DNA of 64,000 nucleotides. Source: Octopus sinensis. Taxonomy: Eukaryota. The notes beneath the pieces are model-generated. The model was given only the letters and a program-made list of their open reading frames with translations, was not told where the DNA came from and did no database searches. Each line of letters begins with the position of its first letter. Within the stretch, counting starts at the first letter, position 1. Below, in pieces: positions 51,030-63,018 of the stretch. The position numbers were made by a program, and so were the translations under genes. The DNA lies in assembly GCF_006345805.1 (NCBI RefSeq), contig NC_043007.1, positions 39,494,001 to 39,558,000 of the forward strand. Direction: 5' to 3'.

Positions 51030-52130
51030 ACTCGAAGTTTTTACCCGAGTTATTTTGCAAGCCCACGTCATCCCAAATTTACCTCCACCTTCGCTCCGAT
51101 CATCCACAGCATATAATTCGGTCAAATCTGAAATTCCAATTTTTTAGGATTAAACGGATTTGTACTGACTCAGGGGATTACCGGAAACATGCAAATGCTT
51201 TTGTACACCATTATGTCAAACGCGGTTGCAGTGAATCACGCTTAAAGGAAATAGCAAATGACATAGCAAAGATTAACAAAGAAAGTCAAAGCCACACGCA
51301 TAGTTTTAGCAAACACAATGCAGTATGTGACATAATTCCTTTAGTGATTAACTGGCACCGAAATTTCGCTGGCATTTCAAAAGTGTTGCATGAAGTTACC
51401 AGCATGTTGCGGAAAAATATCCTCGTTTCAAACAAATTTTTCCTCGGCTGTCTATTGTATCCTTTACACGGAATAAAGATATAAGAGAACTATTCTGACT
51501 CCAAGAAAACTAACTTTGGAGTTTCTGCTCGCTGTACCTTGAAAAACAGCCGCAAGTGAGGTAAGCCCTGTTTATTGTGCATCAACATGAGTCAAGTCAA
51601 TTCCATCAGGTATCATTAAAAAAAAGTTATGATTTATACAGAAGGTAGGACATGTAGAGATTCCCATTTGGTGTACGCAGCAGAATGCAGGAGACACAAC
51701 TTGATTTATGTTGGTTGTACAACAGAACAATTAAACAAAAGATTTAATGAGCACAGATTTAACGTCAGGCACAATAACAGTAGTTTGACAGAACTTGCCG
51801 AACATTTTGTTTCAAACGGCTGCCATTTTAAGAAAGACTTGAAAATGCATATTCTCAGAAAATATTCTGAGTCTGCTACACTTTCAGTACTCAAAATGCT
51901 TGAGGAGAAATATGTTTACAGGTTATTAACATCGCGCCCCGGGGGAATGAATAAAATGACAAGAGAAATTCATCAAATTTACACAAAACTGTTTGATTTA
52001 ATATTCTTCTTTTCCTTTTCTTTCTTCTTTCGTTTTATTTTTCTTCTCTCTTTTTATTTCCTTTTCTTCATGCTAGTTACAAAATTGACCTTTGAAGACT
52101 GATGATGTCATTCCATCAGCGTGTGGACGC
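51030..52130 (+). mobile_element. 5'-truncated Penelope-like element (RT thumb plus GIY-YIG)
   Basis: CKPTSSQIYLHLRSDHPQHIIRSNLKFQFFRIKRICTD...KRG; CRDSHLVYAAECRRHNLIYVGCTTEQLNKRFNEHR...LEEKYVYRLLTSRPGGMN. Confidence 0.9.
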
Positions 52131-52804
52131 TGGTTGTACTCATTCATATTTTAGATTTCAATTTCTATAATTTTGAATTTTTATCCCTTTTCATTTTGAA
52201 CTCAAGAAAGACAGGCTTGCTGTCATAATATCATTCAACCAATAAAATATCTATCACAATCGCATCGCGCTCTTCGTATTACACTTTTACTTCTTTCAGT
52301 CATTTGATTGCGGTTATGCTAGAGCACCGCTTTTAGTCAAGCAAATTGACGTCAGAGCTTATTCTTTGTAAGCCTAGTACCCATATATATATATATATAT
52401 AGGTAAGCCACATTTAAGTGGTAAATATACTTCACGATGTCGTGAAGCGAACCGGTCAACTTTATGTATAAATATATTTTTTATATGTTTGTTTCTTTTT
52501 ACACAATATTAAAACAAGGGCTAAAATTTTCCTGAAGCAGCATCCCAACTAATTTTATCTACGAGCCGCCACTGTATTCACACACGCACTTGTATAGATT
52601 GAACTATGTAAAATGTTAGAGAAAGGAAACTTAACTGTGTCTTACAATGCACACATTTAAATCAAAACTTTTCATGCACCTTTGATATGCTACTGGGAAT
52701 CCCCAAGTTTCTATTTTAGTAGTGTGGACCCCACCACACCCAACCAAATCTTATATGGATTTCAAGGTGTCAAATACCCCTTGTTGAGAACCGTTGATGT
52801 AGAT

Positions 52805-53331
52805 CAGTAGTTCCAAAGTTTATTCGGGCTGCCGCCCCCTTGATACCCGGGTCACATTCTTACCGCCCTCACCCCAAATAACCGTTACAAACATAAACCT
52901 CTTTATAAAGCAAATACAAAGCAACTTAAGGTGTACTAGCCATCTGAATGTGGCTAGCCACTGGGGGTGGGGTGTTACTGATGCTTTTAGCCCCAGGCGA
53001 TCAACGTCACCAGACGGACTTTAGACACAATCTCAGTGCCCTTGTGTTATTTGCAAAGGGAGGTCATCCTCCCTCGAAAACCTAAGTGCTACATACGGAC
53101 TATAGTTTCAAGGTAATTGCCTCTCGTCAACGCATGGTAAACACCCACAAATAAAACATAACCTAATGAACCCATTATTTTGTTGTTTTTACATGAATTG
53201 CCACCCCATTATCGCCCCAATTTTTACATGAATCGTTACCCCCATCATGGCCCCACTTTTCTTCAACACCCCCTTGGAACTTTCCACTGCCCCCAGGAGG
53301 AGGGCAATATTGCCCACTTTGAGAACCGCTG
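52805..53331. mobile_element. hAT MITE with perfect 8-bp TSD (ATGTAGAT)
   Basis: ATGTAGAT|CAGTAGTTCCAAAG ... CTTTGAGAACCGCTG|ATGTAGAT. The right end of another hAT (GTTGAGAACCGTTG) abuts it at ~52783-52796. Confidence 0.85.
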
Positions 53332-53704
53332 ATGTAGATGATGAGGGTTTTCACTGTTGCTTATGTTCTCTTTTTATCCTCTGAAACAATACAGGATATC
53401 GTAACAAGACGTCCAGCACCAGTTCCGATTAAATGTACCTGCTGACATCGTAAGTGAACGAAGCTACACACAACATCCAACTTTACTTTCCTCGTTGTAA
53501 ACCTCTGTTGTACTCACTAACACGGACCTCAGCCAGTCTTATAAAATGACGAAGCGAAAACACGCTGGAATTTTTAACATACTGTAAGGATCGTCGAGAA
53601 GTATATATATATATATAAAATTAATTAAGGGTAGAAATTGATATTTATCAATTAAGACCAGTGGTCTAGCATATTAAAAAAAAGAATCCGAAGATTAAAA
53701 TATT

Positions 53705-53890
53705 TATATATACCAATTAAGGACTGAACACGAAAAGTGGACAGTCAACATGCTATATATAGACGTCAAATCGCCATTCTCCACAAAAAATTATGAGAAC
53801 ATAATCTTTTGTGGAGAATGGCGATTTGACGTCTATATCTAGCATGTTGACTGTCCACTTTTCGTGTTCAGTCCTTAATTGGTATATATA
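53705..53890. repeat. Near-perfect palindrome (91-bp arms, 4-nt loop AGAA, 2 mismatches)
   Basis: tatatataccaattaaggactgaacacg...aaattatg-agaa-cataatc...cgtgttcagtccttaattggtatatata. Confidence 0.95.
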
Positions 53891-54384
53891 TATATATATA
53901 TAAGAATGAATGTTTTTATATATAATGAACGTGAAATACAGGAAGGGACGAACACGGAACACAGACAAATCATTCGAAGCCTTCAATCTTCAGTCAGACA
54001 CCGAATCATCATAGCAAATTTCGGCTGTTCAATTCTGATATTTGCTCCAACTCGGCCAGCCCCAAGAAAAAAACTAAGCTGTAAGCATTAGATTTCTTGG
54101 TAGAAGACAGGAATGTGAACGCACAAGACGGATGTAAATACAAGAGACGAAAACGAAATTGAAAACAGTAATGAATAAACAAAAATATATATAACGGTGG
54201 TTGTCATACGACTTTAGACCAAATGAGACAGAAACAACAACATAGCAGCTGGCGTAGAAATAATTACCGTTTCGGTAGCGGGGACACATGTTGGTCGAGA
54301 TACGATGGCCAACAGAATGGTTTAAGAAGCAGCAGGTTGCAGGAGAGAGAGAGAAAGAGAGACAGAGAGAGAGGGAATCAAAGA

Positions 54385-54502
54385 GGGTGGAAGGCAAAGT
54401 CAACCTCGGCGGAATTTGAACTCAGAACACAGCGACGGGCAAATTACCGCTAAGCATTTCGCCCGAGGTGCAAACGATTCTGCTAGCTCGTCCGCCTTAA
54501 TG

Positions 54503-54547
<45 letters not shown>

Positions 54548-55097
54548 TAATAATAATAATAATAATAATAATCCTTTCTACTAAAGGCACAAGTCCTGAA
54601 TTTTTGCAAGCGGGGACCAGTTGATTACATTGACCCCAGTGCGTAATTGGTACTTAATTTGTCGACACAGAAAGGACGAAAGGCAAAGTCACCCCCAGTG
54701 CTACCTTAATGATAATAATAATCTTTTACTCTATAGGCACAAGGCCTGAAATTTTGGAGGAAGGGGCTAGTCGATTACATCAACCCCAATCTTTCATTGG
54801 TTCTTACTTTATCGACCACGAAAGGATGAAAAGCAAAGTCGAAAACATGAAAACAGACGAAATATCTATTTCTTTACTACCCACAAAAAGCTAAACACAG
54901 AGGACGAACAAGGACAGACAAACGGATTAAGTCGATTATACCGACCACAGTGCGTAACTGGTACTAATTTAATCGACCCCGAAAGGATGAAAGGCAAAGT
55001 CGACCTCGGCGGAATTTGAACACAGAACGTAATGACAGATGAAATATCGCTAAGCATATCGTCCGGCGTGCTAACGATTCTGCCAGCTTGCTACCTT
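54385..55097 (-). mobile_element. Cluster of family A SINEs in (AAT)n, including a dimeric copy at 54722-55097
   Basis: Repeated aaggcaaagtc(g/a)acctcggcggaatttgaac modules separated by (AAT)n. Confidence 0.88.
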
Positions 55098-55104
55098 AAT
55101 TCTA

Positions 55105-55545
55105 TTGGGTTGTCCAGAAAGTTCGTGCCGATTTTTAAAGGAAAGAAAAAGGTCAATAAATACTTGCCATTACATTTTTAATCAACCAAATATGAAACAT
55201 TTTGTTGCACAATGCGTCTCCATCTTTCATTTAACTTGAAAATAACCTCTTCCCAGAATTGAGGTAGTTTCATGGCAAAGAATTCAAGGTATCTTTTTAC
55301 GTCATCTAAGGAATTGAAATTTTTACAATTAAGACTATTCTGCAGAGACCTGAATAAGTGGAAATCCGAAGGAGCAATATTTGGTGAATATGGAGGGTGG
55401 GGTAACACATTGGAATTTCTGCAAGATATTAGTTTTTGCAGGATGAGGAAAAAGCTATTACCATTTTCTGGGAATAAAACTGCAGGCTCTTCTAAACGAG
55501 GAAGTAAGGTTGTTGTGGGCCATTTTGTATACAAAGCGAAAGAAG
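55105..55545 (-). mobile_element. Mariner 3' end with TIR
   Basis: LPHPPYSPNIAPSDFHLFRSLQNSL...LNERWRRIVQQN; TA|TTGGGTTGTCCAGAAAGTTCGTGCCGATTTTT terminus. Confidence 0.9.
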
Positions 55546-56290
55546 AAAAAACATAACAAGCTGCATATTGTTGTTATTAACGAGAAGAAAATATATTTTA
55601 ATCGATGTGAAGGACTTGAAGTATAAAATCTTCAAGAGGTGGGAGTGAATAAGAGCCTGTTAGTGCAGATTATTATTTTGGAGCGTTGGAAACTGATTCC
55701 AGGAATTTGAAAACAAACTTTGGAAAACTTGATCTTATGTATGGAATGGGTGCAGTACAGAAAACAGGTTCAGCAAGATTTATCCGGAAAGCGGTCAATA
55801 AAATTTAAGAACACTATTTGGTTCTCCAATGAGATGTTAAACAATTCCTTAGCTGCTGTGATATTTGCAAAAGTCCCTTTCCTGCCCGCAACTAACTCCA
55901 TTTTGGTTACTCTCATCGTAGCAGCAGTTGCTTTCAATGTTGTTCTTCGTCCTACTACAATTTCCATGTAGTGAGGAAGACTCTTCTTCTTCTTCTTCTT
56001 CTTCTTATTATTATTATTATTATCATTATTATTATTTTTTTTTTTTTTTCTTCTTTCAAATTTGCTTCCATTTCTTGCCGAGTGTCTTCCCGACTCCTAG
56101 GGCAAAGAAACTCATAGTATACATTGGTAGGCCATTAAACCAAACTCAATAGTTCGTTCATTTTTTTAAAATTTTTTTTAAAGTTATATTAAAATACATG
56201 AGCAGCAACAGTTCTCACATCGACAATGCTCTTCTGCATACGTGTGATGTACCAGTTAAGACAATCTGTGATGTACCAGTTAAGACAATC

Positions 56291-56344
<54 letters not shown>

Positions 56345-56723
56345 CTGTTGTCTACTGCCAATCATAGTGGGGAAGACGGGGAAGTCCCCGTGCAAACTGC
56401 CGTGCCACCTCCCTTCCTCGCTGTCGCTTTTCGTCGCCATCTTCAAGCAACTTTGCGAAGAAATTTGAAAATAAAAGGTTTGTACCACCCCCAAAATGAG
56501 GCTTTTGTTAACTAAACGTCACCCCCACCAGCAGGGCACTTGACTTGTATAACGATTTAAACAACAAAATACAGTATAGAACCGTTTAAACAAGTGAATT
56601 AGTCATAAACTTACAGCGCTCCAAAGACACACACCCAGCTGTGACAACAATAATAATAACAACAACAACAACAACAACAACATTAACAACAACAACAACA
56701 ACAACAATAATAATAATAATAAT

Positions 56724-56754
<31 letters not shown>

Positions 56755-57119
56755 CTAGTTGAGCATGTCCCTCACTGTCTGACAATATGCTCATCTCTGA
56801 TCACAATGAGGATTAGTGGGGGAGCATCGTAGCCACCTGTTGACAGGAATTCTTTGGTAGGATGGGTGTTTCGTTCATCATCTTTAAACAACTTTATTCC
56901 GGGACAAATTTGAGTAGGATGGGAAGCTTGACTTGAAGAAAATTCTAACTGGGCCCCACCTGCAAGATCATGTGCAGTTTATCTCGATATGAGATCAACA
57001 TGTCGCGCACTTACAATTGTGATGCATGTGTCTGATGTACCCTTATCAGACGGGTAGTCACGATAGTATATTGAGCTTCGAATATTTGTACCGCGGTGTC
57101 ACTTTGATGGCATGCGTTG

Positions 57120-57551
57120 CTGATTTCAAATTTTGGCACAAAACCAGTAAGTTTCGAGGAAGGGGTTAAGCCGAATGTATTGACCTGGTGTTGAATCGGT
57201 ATTTATTTTATGGACCCCGAAATATGAAGGGCAAAGTCGACCTCGGCGGAATTTGAACACTGCGTAAAGACGGATGAAATGCCGCTAATTATTGTGCCTT
57301 TTTAATGATAATCTTTTCTACTATAGGCACAAAGTCTGAAGTTTTGCAGGCGGGGACCGGTCGTTTACATCGACTGCAGTGTTTCACTGGTACTTGATTT
57401 ATCAACCCCGAAATAATGAAAGGCAAAGTCAACCTCAGCAGAATTTGTACTCAGAACGTAGTGGCAGACGAAATACCAATAAGCATTTCGCCCAGCATAC
57501 TAACGATTCTGCCAGCTCGCCGCCTTTCTAATAATAATAATAATAATAATA

Positions 57552-57591
<40 letters not shown>

Positions 57592-58880
57592 AATAATCAT
57601 TTCTACAAAACGCACAATGCCTGAAATTTTGTGAAGGGGACAGTCGATTATATTGACTACAGTGTTTCACTAGTACTTAGTTTATCGACCCCAAAAGGAT
57701 GAAAGGCAAAGTCGACCTCGGCGGTATTTGAGCTCAGAACGTAACAGCAGACGAAATACCTATTTCTTTACTGCCCGCAAAGGCTAAACACAGAGAGGAC
57801 AAACAAGGACAGGCATACGGATTAAGTCGATTGTATCGACCCCAGTGCGTAACTGGTACTTATTTAATCGACCCCGAAAGGATGAAAGGCAAAGTCGACC
57901 TCGGCGGAATTTGAACACAGAACGTAACGGCAGACGAAATACCGCTCAGCATTTCACACGGCGTGCTAACGTTTCTGCCAGCTAATAATAATAATAATTG
58001 TAATTATTATTATTATTTCAATCTTTTTGTCACAAGGGCAGCTTAGGTGAGGTGGAGATGAGTCGATTACATTGACCCCAGTATTCCACTGGTATTTATT
58101 CTATTGACCTCAAAAGGATGAAAGGCAAAGTCGACCTCGGCGTATTTGAGCTCAGAACGTAACAGCAGACGAAATACCTATTTCTTTACTGCCCGCAAAG
58201 GCTAAACACAGAGAGGACAAACAAGGACAGGCATACGGATTAAGTCGATTGTATCGACCCCAGTGCGTAACTGGTACTTATTTAATCGACCCCGAAAGGA
58301 TGAAAGGCAAAGTCGACCTCGGCGGAATTTGAACACAGAACGTAACGGCAGACGAAATACCGCTCAGCATTTCACACGGCGTGCTAACGTTTCTGCCAGC
58401 TAATAATAATAATAATTGTAATTATTATTATTATTTCAATCTTTTTGTCACAAGGGCAGCTTAGGTGAGGTGGAGATGAGTCGATTACATTGACCCCAGT
58501 ATTCCACTGGTATTTATTCTATTGACCTCAAAAGGATGAAAGGCAAAGTCGACCTCGGTGGAATTTGAACGCAGAAAGTAAAGACGGACGAAATGCGTTG
58601 AGCATTTTGTTCGGCGCGCTAACGATTCTGCCAGCTCGCTGCGTTAAGCAATAATAATAACCCTTTCTACTATGGGCGCAAGGCCTGGAATTTTGATGGA
58701 GGGGATTAGTCGATTGCATCAATCCTTGTGCTTGACAGGTACTTATTTTATCCACCCCGAAAGGATCCTCGGGAAAATCTGAACTCAGAACTTAGACACG
58801 GGCGAAATACAGCTAAAAGAAAAAAAAAAAAAAGCCATTCCACTCGGCGCGCTAACGATTCTGCCAACTCGCCTCCTTCG
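57120..58880 (-). mobile_element. Head-to-tail array of family A SINEs, including an exact 418-419 bp tandem duplication (57692-58110, 58111-58528)
   Basis: At least eight core modules. The unit with its flank (gtcacaagggcagcttaggtgaggtggagatgag) is repeated verbatim. Confidence 0.92.
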
Positions 58881-59064
58881 GTTTGCCAGTAATAATACTT
58901 TTATTTCTCTAGGAGTGTCAGATGAGATCGGGAGCGCAGATGGGGATACATTCCGACGACAAATTACTAATTGCGCAACAACGATCCTTGCTAACAACCG
59001 CAAGGAGAACATTTTCTTTTATATATTTTTTTTTCATTGAGTATTATAATTAATTAGCAGCAGG

Positions 59065-59480
59065 CAAGGCTGGAAGCATCGGTAGCACGCCGGGCGAAAT
59101 ACTTAGCAGCATTTCGTGTCACTACGTTCTGGGTTCAAATTCCGCCGAGGTTGACTTTGCCTATCATCCTGGCGGAGCTGATAAATTAAGTACTCGTGGA
59201 ACACTGCGGCGGTCAATGTAAACGACTAGTCCCCTCTCCCAAAATTTCAGGCCGTGTGTCTTTAGTAGAAAGGATTATTATTAAAAAGGCAGAATCGTTT
59301 CCACACCAGGCAAAATCCTTACCGGCATTTCGTCTGTCTTTTCGTTCTGAGTTCAAATTCCGCCGAGGTCGACTTACTCCCTCATCCTTACGGGGTCGAT
59401 AAAATAAGTACCAGTGGAACACTGGGGTCGATGTAATCAACTTAACCTCTCTCCTCAAACTTAATGGCCAAGTGACAAAA
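59065..59480 (+). mobile_element. Two family A SINEs, opposite in orientation to the preceding array
   Basis: gttcaaattccgccgagg(t/g)tgac at ~59135 and ~59352. Confidence 0.85.
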
Positions 59481-60087
59481 TTTGAAGTTAATATAATTTA
59501 ATTAACAGCATGAATGTATTTTTATCAACACCACCACAAGCAACAACAACAATAACAACATTCTTTAGATCTCAACTATGCTGATGAGTGTATAGCACCA
59601 AATCACTTGAGATTGAATATACGTTCCACTTAAGATTTGGGATTGGACACGATGACTACAAGTAAAAAGATCGCAGTTTCAACACGAAGATCCAATTTAC
59701 AATAAAATTCTAGGAAATTGCACTTGTCATTTTTCTCAAACGGAAACAATACAAACACAACGATAAAAAAGCACGAGATTGTATTTCTTATAAAACCTCC
59801 CCATAGAAAAGTTTTGTCTAAATATTGCTTTCTCTGTACTGTGAAGACCTAATGGCAGTAGAGGTCGTAGTGTTGGTGTTGGTGGGGAAGCATTTTAAAA
59901 GGATATAACATACAAATTATCTTAACTAGACAGCGTTTTTGTAATATAAATGACTGGTTGCAGGAATTTTCGCTGCACAAATCACAAGATTGCCTGTTCG
60001 ATGTTCATAGAAAGATTTGCTCAGGAACCGATGTCACTACATTGGCAAAATCTTGACAAATTATTTTAATTAGATAAAATTTTTGTA

Positions 60088-60762
60088 TAAAGTGTGGTGC
60101 GAAAGTCTTGTCGCCTCCTACCGAAAAGTATTAAGAACAATAAATAAATAAATGCGCCCTTTTAAAGCCTAGCCAGCCTCATGGGGCCGGTTTCCCGGTT
60201 TCAATAGCATGTGTTCTCCGGCTGGACGGGACGCCAGTCCATCTCAGCGCTACTCATTTTTGCCAGCTGAGTGGACTGGAGCAACTTGAAATGAAGTGTT
60301 TTGCTCAAAAATGCAACGCGTCGCCCGGTCCAGGAATCGAAACCATAACCTTATGACCATGTTGCTGACACCCTACCCATTAAACCATGTTGCTGACACC
60401 CTACCCATTAAACCATGTTGCTGACACCCTACCCATTAAGCCATGCGCCTCCACAATAAGAACAATAGAGGAACAATATAATAATACCAAACACATGTAT
60501 TGGTTTTAGTATATTCACTTTCATTGACACTGACACCGTCACATATCGAGATTTGTATGACACCGACAGCTTCGAAAAATATCACACAGAACATGGCGCC
60601 GCATTATTTTGTGGCATGAAAATGAAGGTATTCATACAGACTTTCTCGATGTGTGAAAGTGAATATACAAAAACCAGTACATGTGTTTAATACTGTCATA
60701 TTGTTCCTCTATTGTTGTTAGTACTTTTCGGTGGAGGATGACAAGACTTTTGGACCACCCTA
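60088..60762. mobile_element. Tc1/mariner-like fold-back MITE with ~140-bp TIRs, interrupted by a SINE
   Basis: The left arm (aaagtcttgtcgcctcctaccgaaaagtattaagaacaata[SINE]gaggaacaatata...) matches the reverse complement of 60620-60762 (ending gacttttggaccaccc-TA). Confidence 0.8.
60143..60454 (-). mobile_element. Family C SINE with 11-bp TSD (TAAGAACAATA) and an internal 28-bp triplication
   Basis: TSD at 60132-60142 and 60457-60467; head gtggaggcgcatggc; ccatgttgctgacaccctacccattaaa x3 at 60357, 60385 and 60413. Confidence 0.88.
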
Positions 60763-62055
60763 TATAATGAATGCAAAAATTTTACTGCTCAACCACGAGA
60801 TCGAAAATTCGATCCGATTGTGTAGCATCTTGGAGCATGTGCATTCAACGTAGCCTCAGATTCACTCAAGACTTGAGCATCAATTTGGGTAAATGACGTC
60901 ATGCAGTGAGATCGAACCTGTGGCCACATGATTGTTAATCGAACTTTTTAACCGATCGGCTATAATGCGTCAATAATCCTTAATATAGTACTCAGTCGGA
61001 ATCAGCTTTACACGGTATGAGACACAAGGCCAACACTTTGAATTACCTGTGTAATCCATATTACGAACTCGTTCGTGTAAAACTAAAATGCACCTGCCCA
61101 AAATACCACGAGATGAAACCGAACCTGAAATCTCTTGATTACGAAGCGAACTTACAAACTATTCCAAACTATGGAAGGAAGGCAGTGCCATCACCGATGC
61201 TCGACGATTTTCGTCTGCGCTGGTATATTTCTGTGAATTTAACACTGAACGTCTAAACAAGATACATTCTCGAGACGAATACTACAGTGTAGCCGGCTTT
61301 CGGCGATATATTTGCTTTAAGAATGATACATACATTGCTATTTTAAACTAACAGTGGTTCTGTCGGTGATAATGAATAAGATACAGAAAAATACAGGTTA
61401 TTGGTCGAATTGGTACTGTTGTTGTTGACATGGTTTCATCACAGTTAAACGCGAATCGGGCGATTCTATAATAAAAAATGTTCCACTCTTGGCCGTCCAG
61501 ATAGTTTCATTTTTTCAGATATATTCTATCTAAAACTAAGTTTGTAAAATGTCCGTTATTTTCAAACGAGATAGTCGTGGTTCAAGGCGTGTCTAACTCT
61601 TATTTCTAGTGGATCAAACAGCTGTGTGGAGGTCTTGATTTTGTCTTGTAGTATCAGCAACAGCAGTAGGTGTTGCTGTTTCAGCGCCAGATGATTGACC
61701 AGCAACATGATTGACCAGGTCATTGACCAACCGCATTCGAGCCGAGATCGGTCCATGTTAAAGCAACACACACACACACACACACACACATGTACAGGGC
61801 AAGATTAATCCAATGTGCTCTTCAATTTTTGAGATAGCAGCTTGTGATTTGGAAGGAGGACTGGTATTTCTAGCAGGAAGGATGCCCGCGCAGGAGATAG
61901 CATAAGAGATTGAACGAAGGGTTTCTTCGATAAAATAAACGTGACATTCATTAATGGCATCGGAGTGGAGCAGTGTAGGGTCGTGTGTGGTGGTGGTGGT
62001 GGTGTATGTGTGCGTGTGTGGGTGTGTGGGTGTATACTATTCAAGTATTGAAATC

Positions 62056-62465
62056 CGCATTGTGTGATAAAAAGCTTGCTTCCCAACCACATGGTTCCGG
62101 GTTCTGTCTCACGGCGTGGCACCTTGGGCAAGTGTCTTCTACTATAGCCTCGGGCCAACCAAAGCCTTGTAAGTGGATTTGGTAGACGGAAACTAAAAGA
62201 AGCTCGTTGTGTGTTTATATATACATATATATATATATATATCTGTGTGTGTTTGCGTGTGTTTGCACCCCATCACCGCTTGACAAGCGATAGTGGTGTG
62301 TTTACGCCCCTGTGTTCCCGTGACGAAGCGGTTCGGCAAAAGCGAGCAATAGAATAAATACTAGTCTTTAAAAATAAGCCCGGGGGGGGTGTCTAAAAAT
62401 CCTTCAAGTCGGTGCTCCAGCATGGCTGCAGTTAAATGACTGAAACAAGTAACAGAATTAAAGAA
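62056..62465 (+). mobile_element. SINE family B (CORE-like), near full length
   Basis: aagcttgcttcccaaccacatggttccgggttc...ggcaccttgggcaagtgtcttctactatagcctcgggcc...atgactgaaacaagt. Confidence 0.85.
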
Positions 62466-62477
62466 TGAAAGAATATC

Positions 62478-62548
<71 letters not shown>

Positions 62549-62724
62549 GCAAGCATGGTCATATATGCATATTTAATTCTTTCTCCAGCTATTTCACGTC
62601 TCAGTCGAATGGTCAAATAGACATTCTTATATTTATGCGTCTGTTTGTGAGAGAGTCTGCATCTGTCTGCGTGGATGTATCCATTAGCGAATTCTTAATA
62701 ATAAAACTAATAAAAATAATGATG

Positions 62725-62930
62725 GTACCAAATTTTGGTAAAAGGCCAGTAATGCTTTGTGGGGTGGGGCGTTAGGTTAGTCGATTGCATCAACCCCGCT
62801 ACTCAATTAGCACATATTTTATCAACCACGAAAGGATGAAAGGCAAAATCGACCTCGGTGGAATTTGTTCCCAGAACCGAAAGAGACGTCGCTAAGTCAT
62901 CTCTTGTACGACGTGTTAGCGATTCTGCCT
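62725..62930 (-). mobile_element. SINE family A
   Basis: gaaaggatgaaaggcaaaatcgacctcggtggaatttg...gttagcgattctgcc. Confidence 0.8.
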
Positions 62931-63018
62931 ATAATGATCATTTTATTTTGAAAGTATTGTTATTTGCAACAGCTATTTTTGTAAGTGCCTGTGTGTGCGT
63001 GTTATATATGTGAGTTCG

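Noticed and set aside
52092-52140. CTGATGA just after the Penelope GIY-YIG ORF as a hammerhead
   Set aside because: Hairpins are present but there is no GAAA box or stem I/III in register; at best a decayed remnant.
59581-59625. CTGATGA-GTG tatag CAC-CAAA as a hammerhead
   Set aside because: G12 is replaced by C and there is no stem I pairing.
61017-61256. 79-aa non-repetitive ORF
   Set aside because: No recognisable domain, and the length is within chance expectation.
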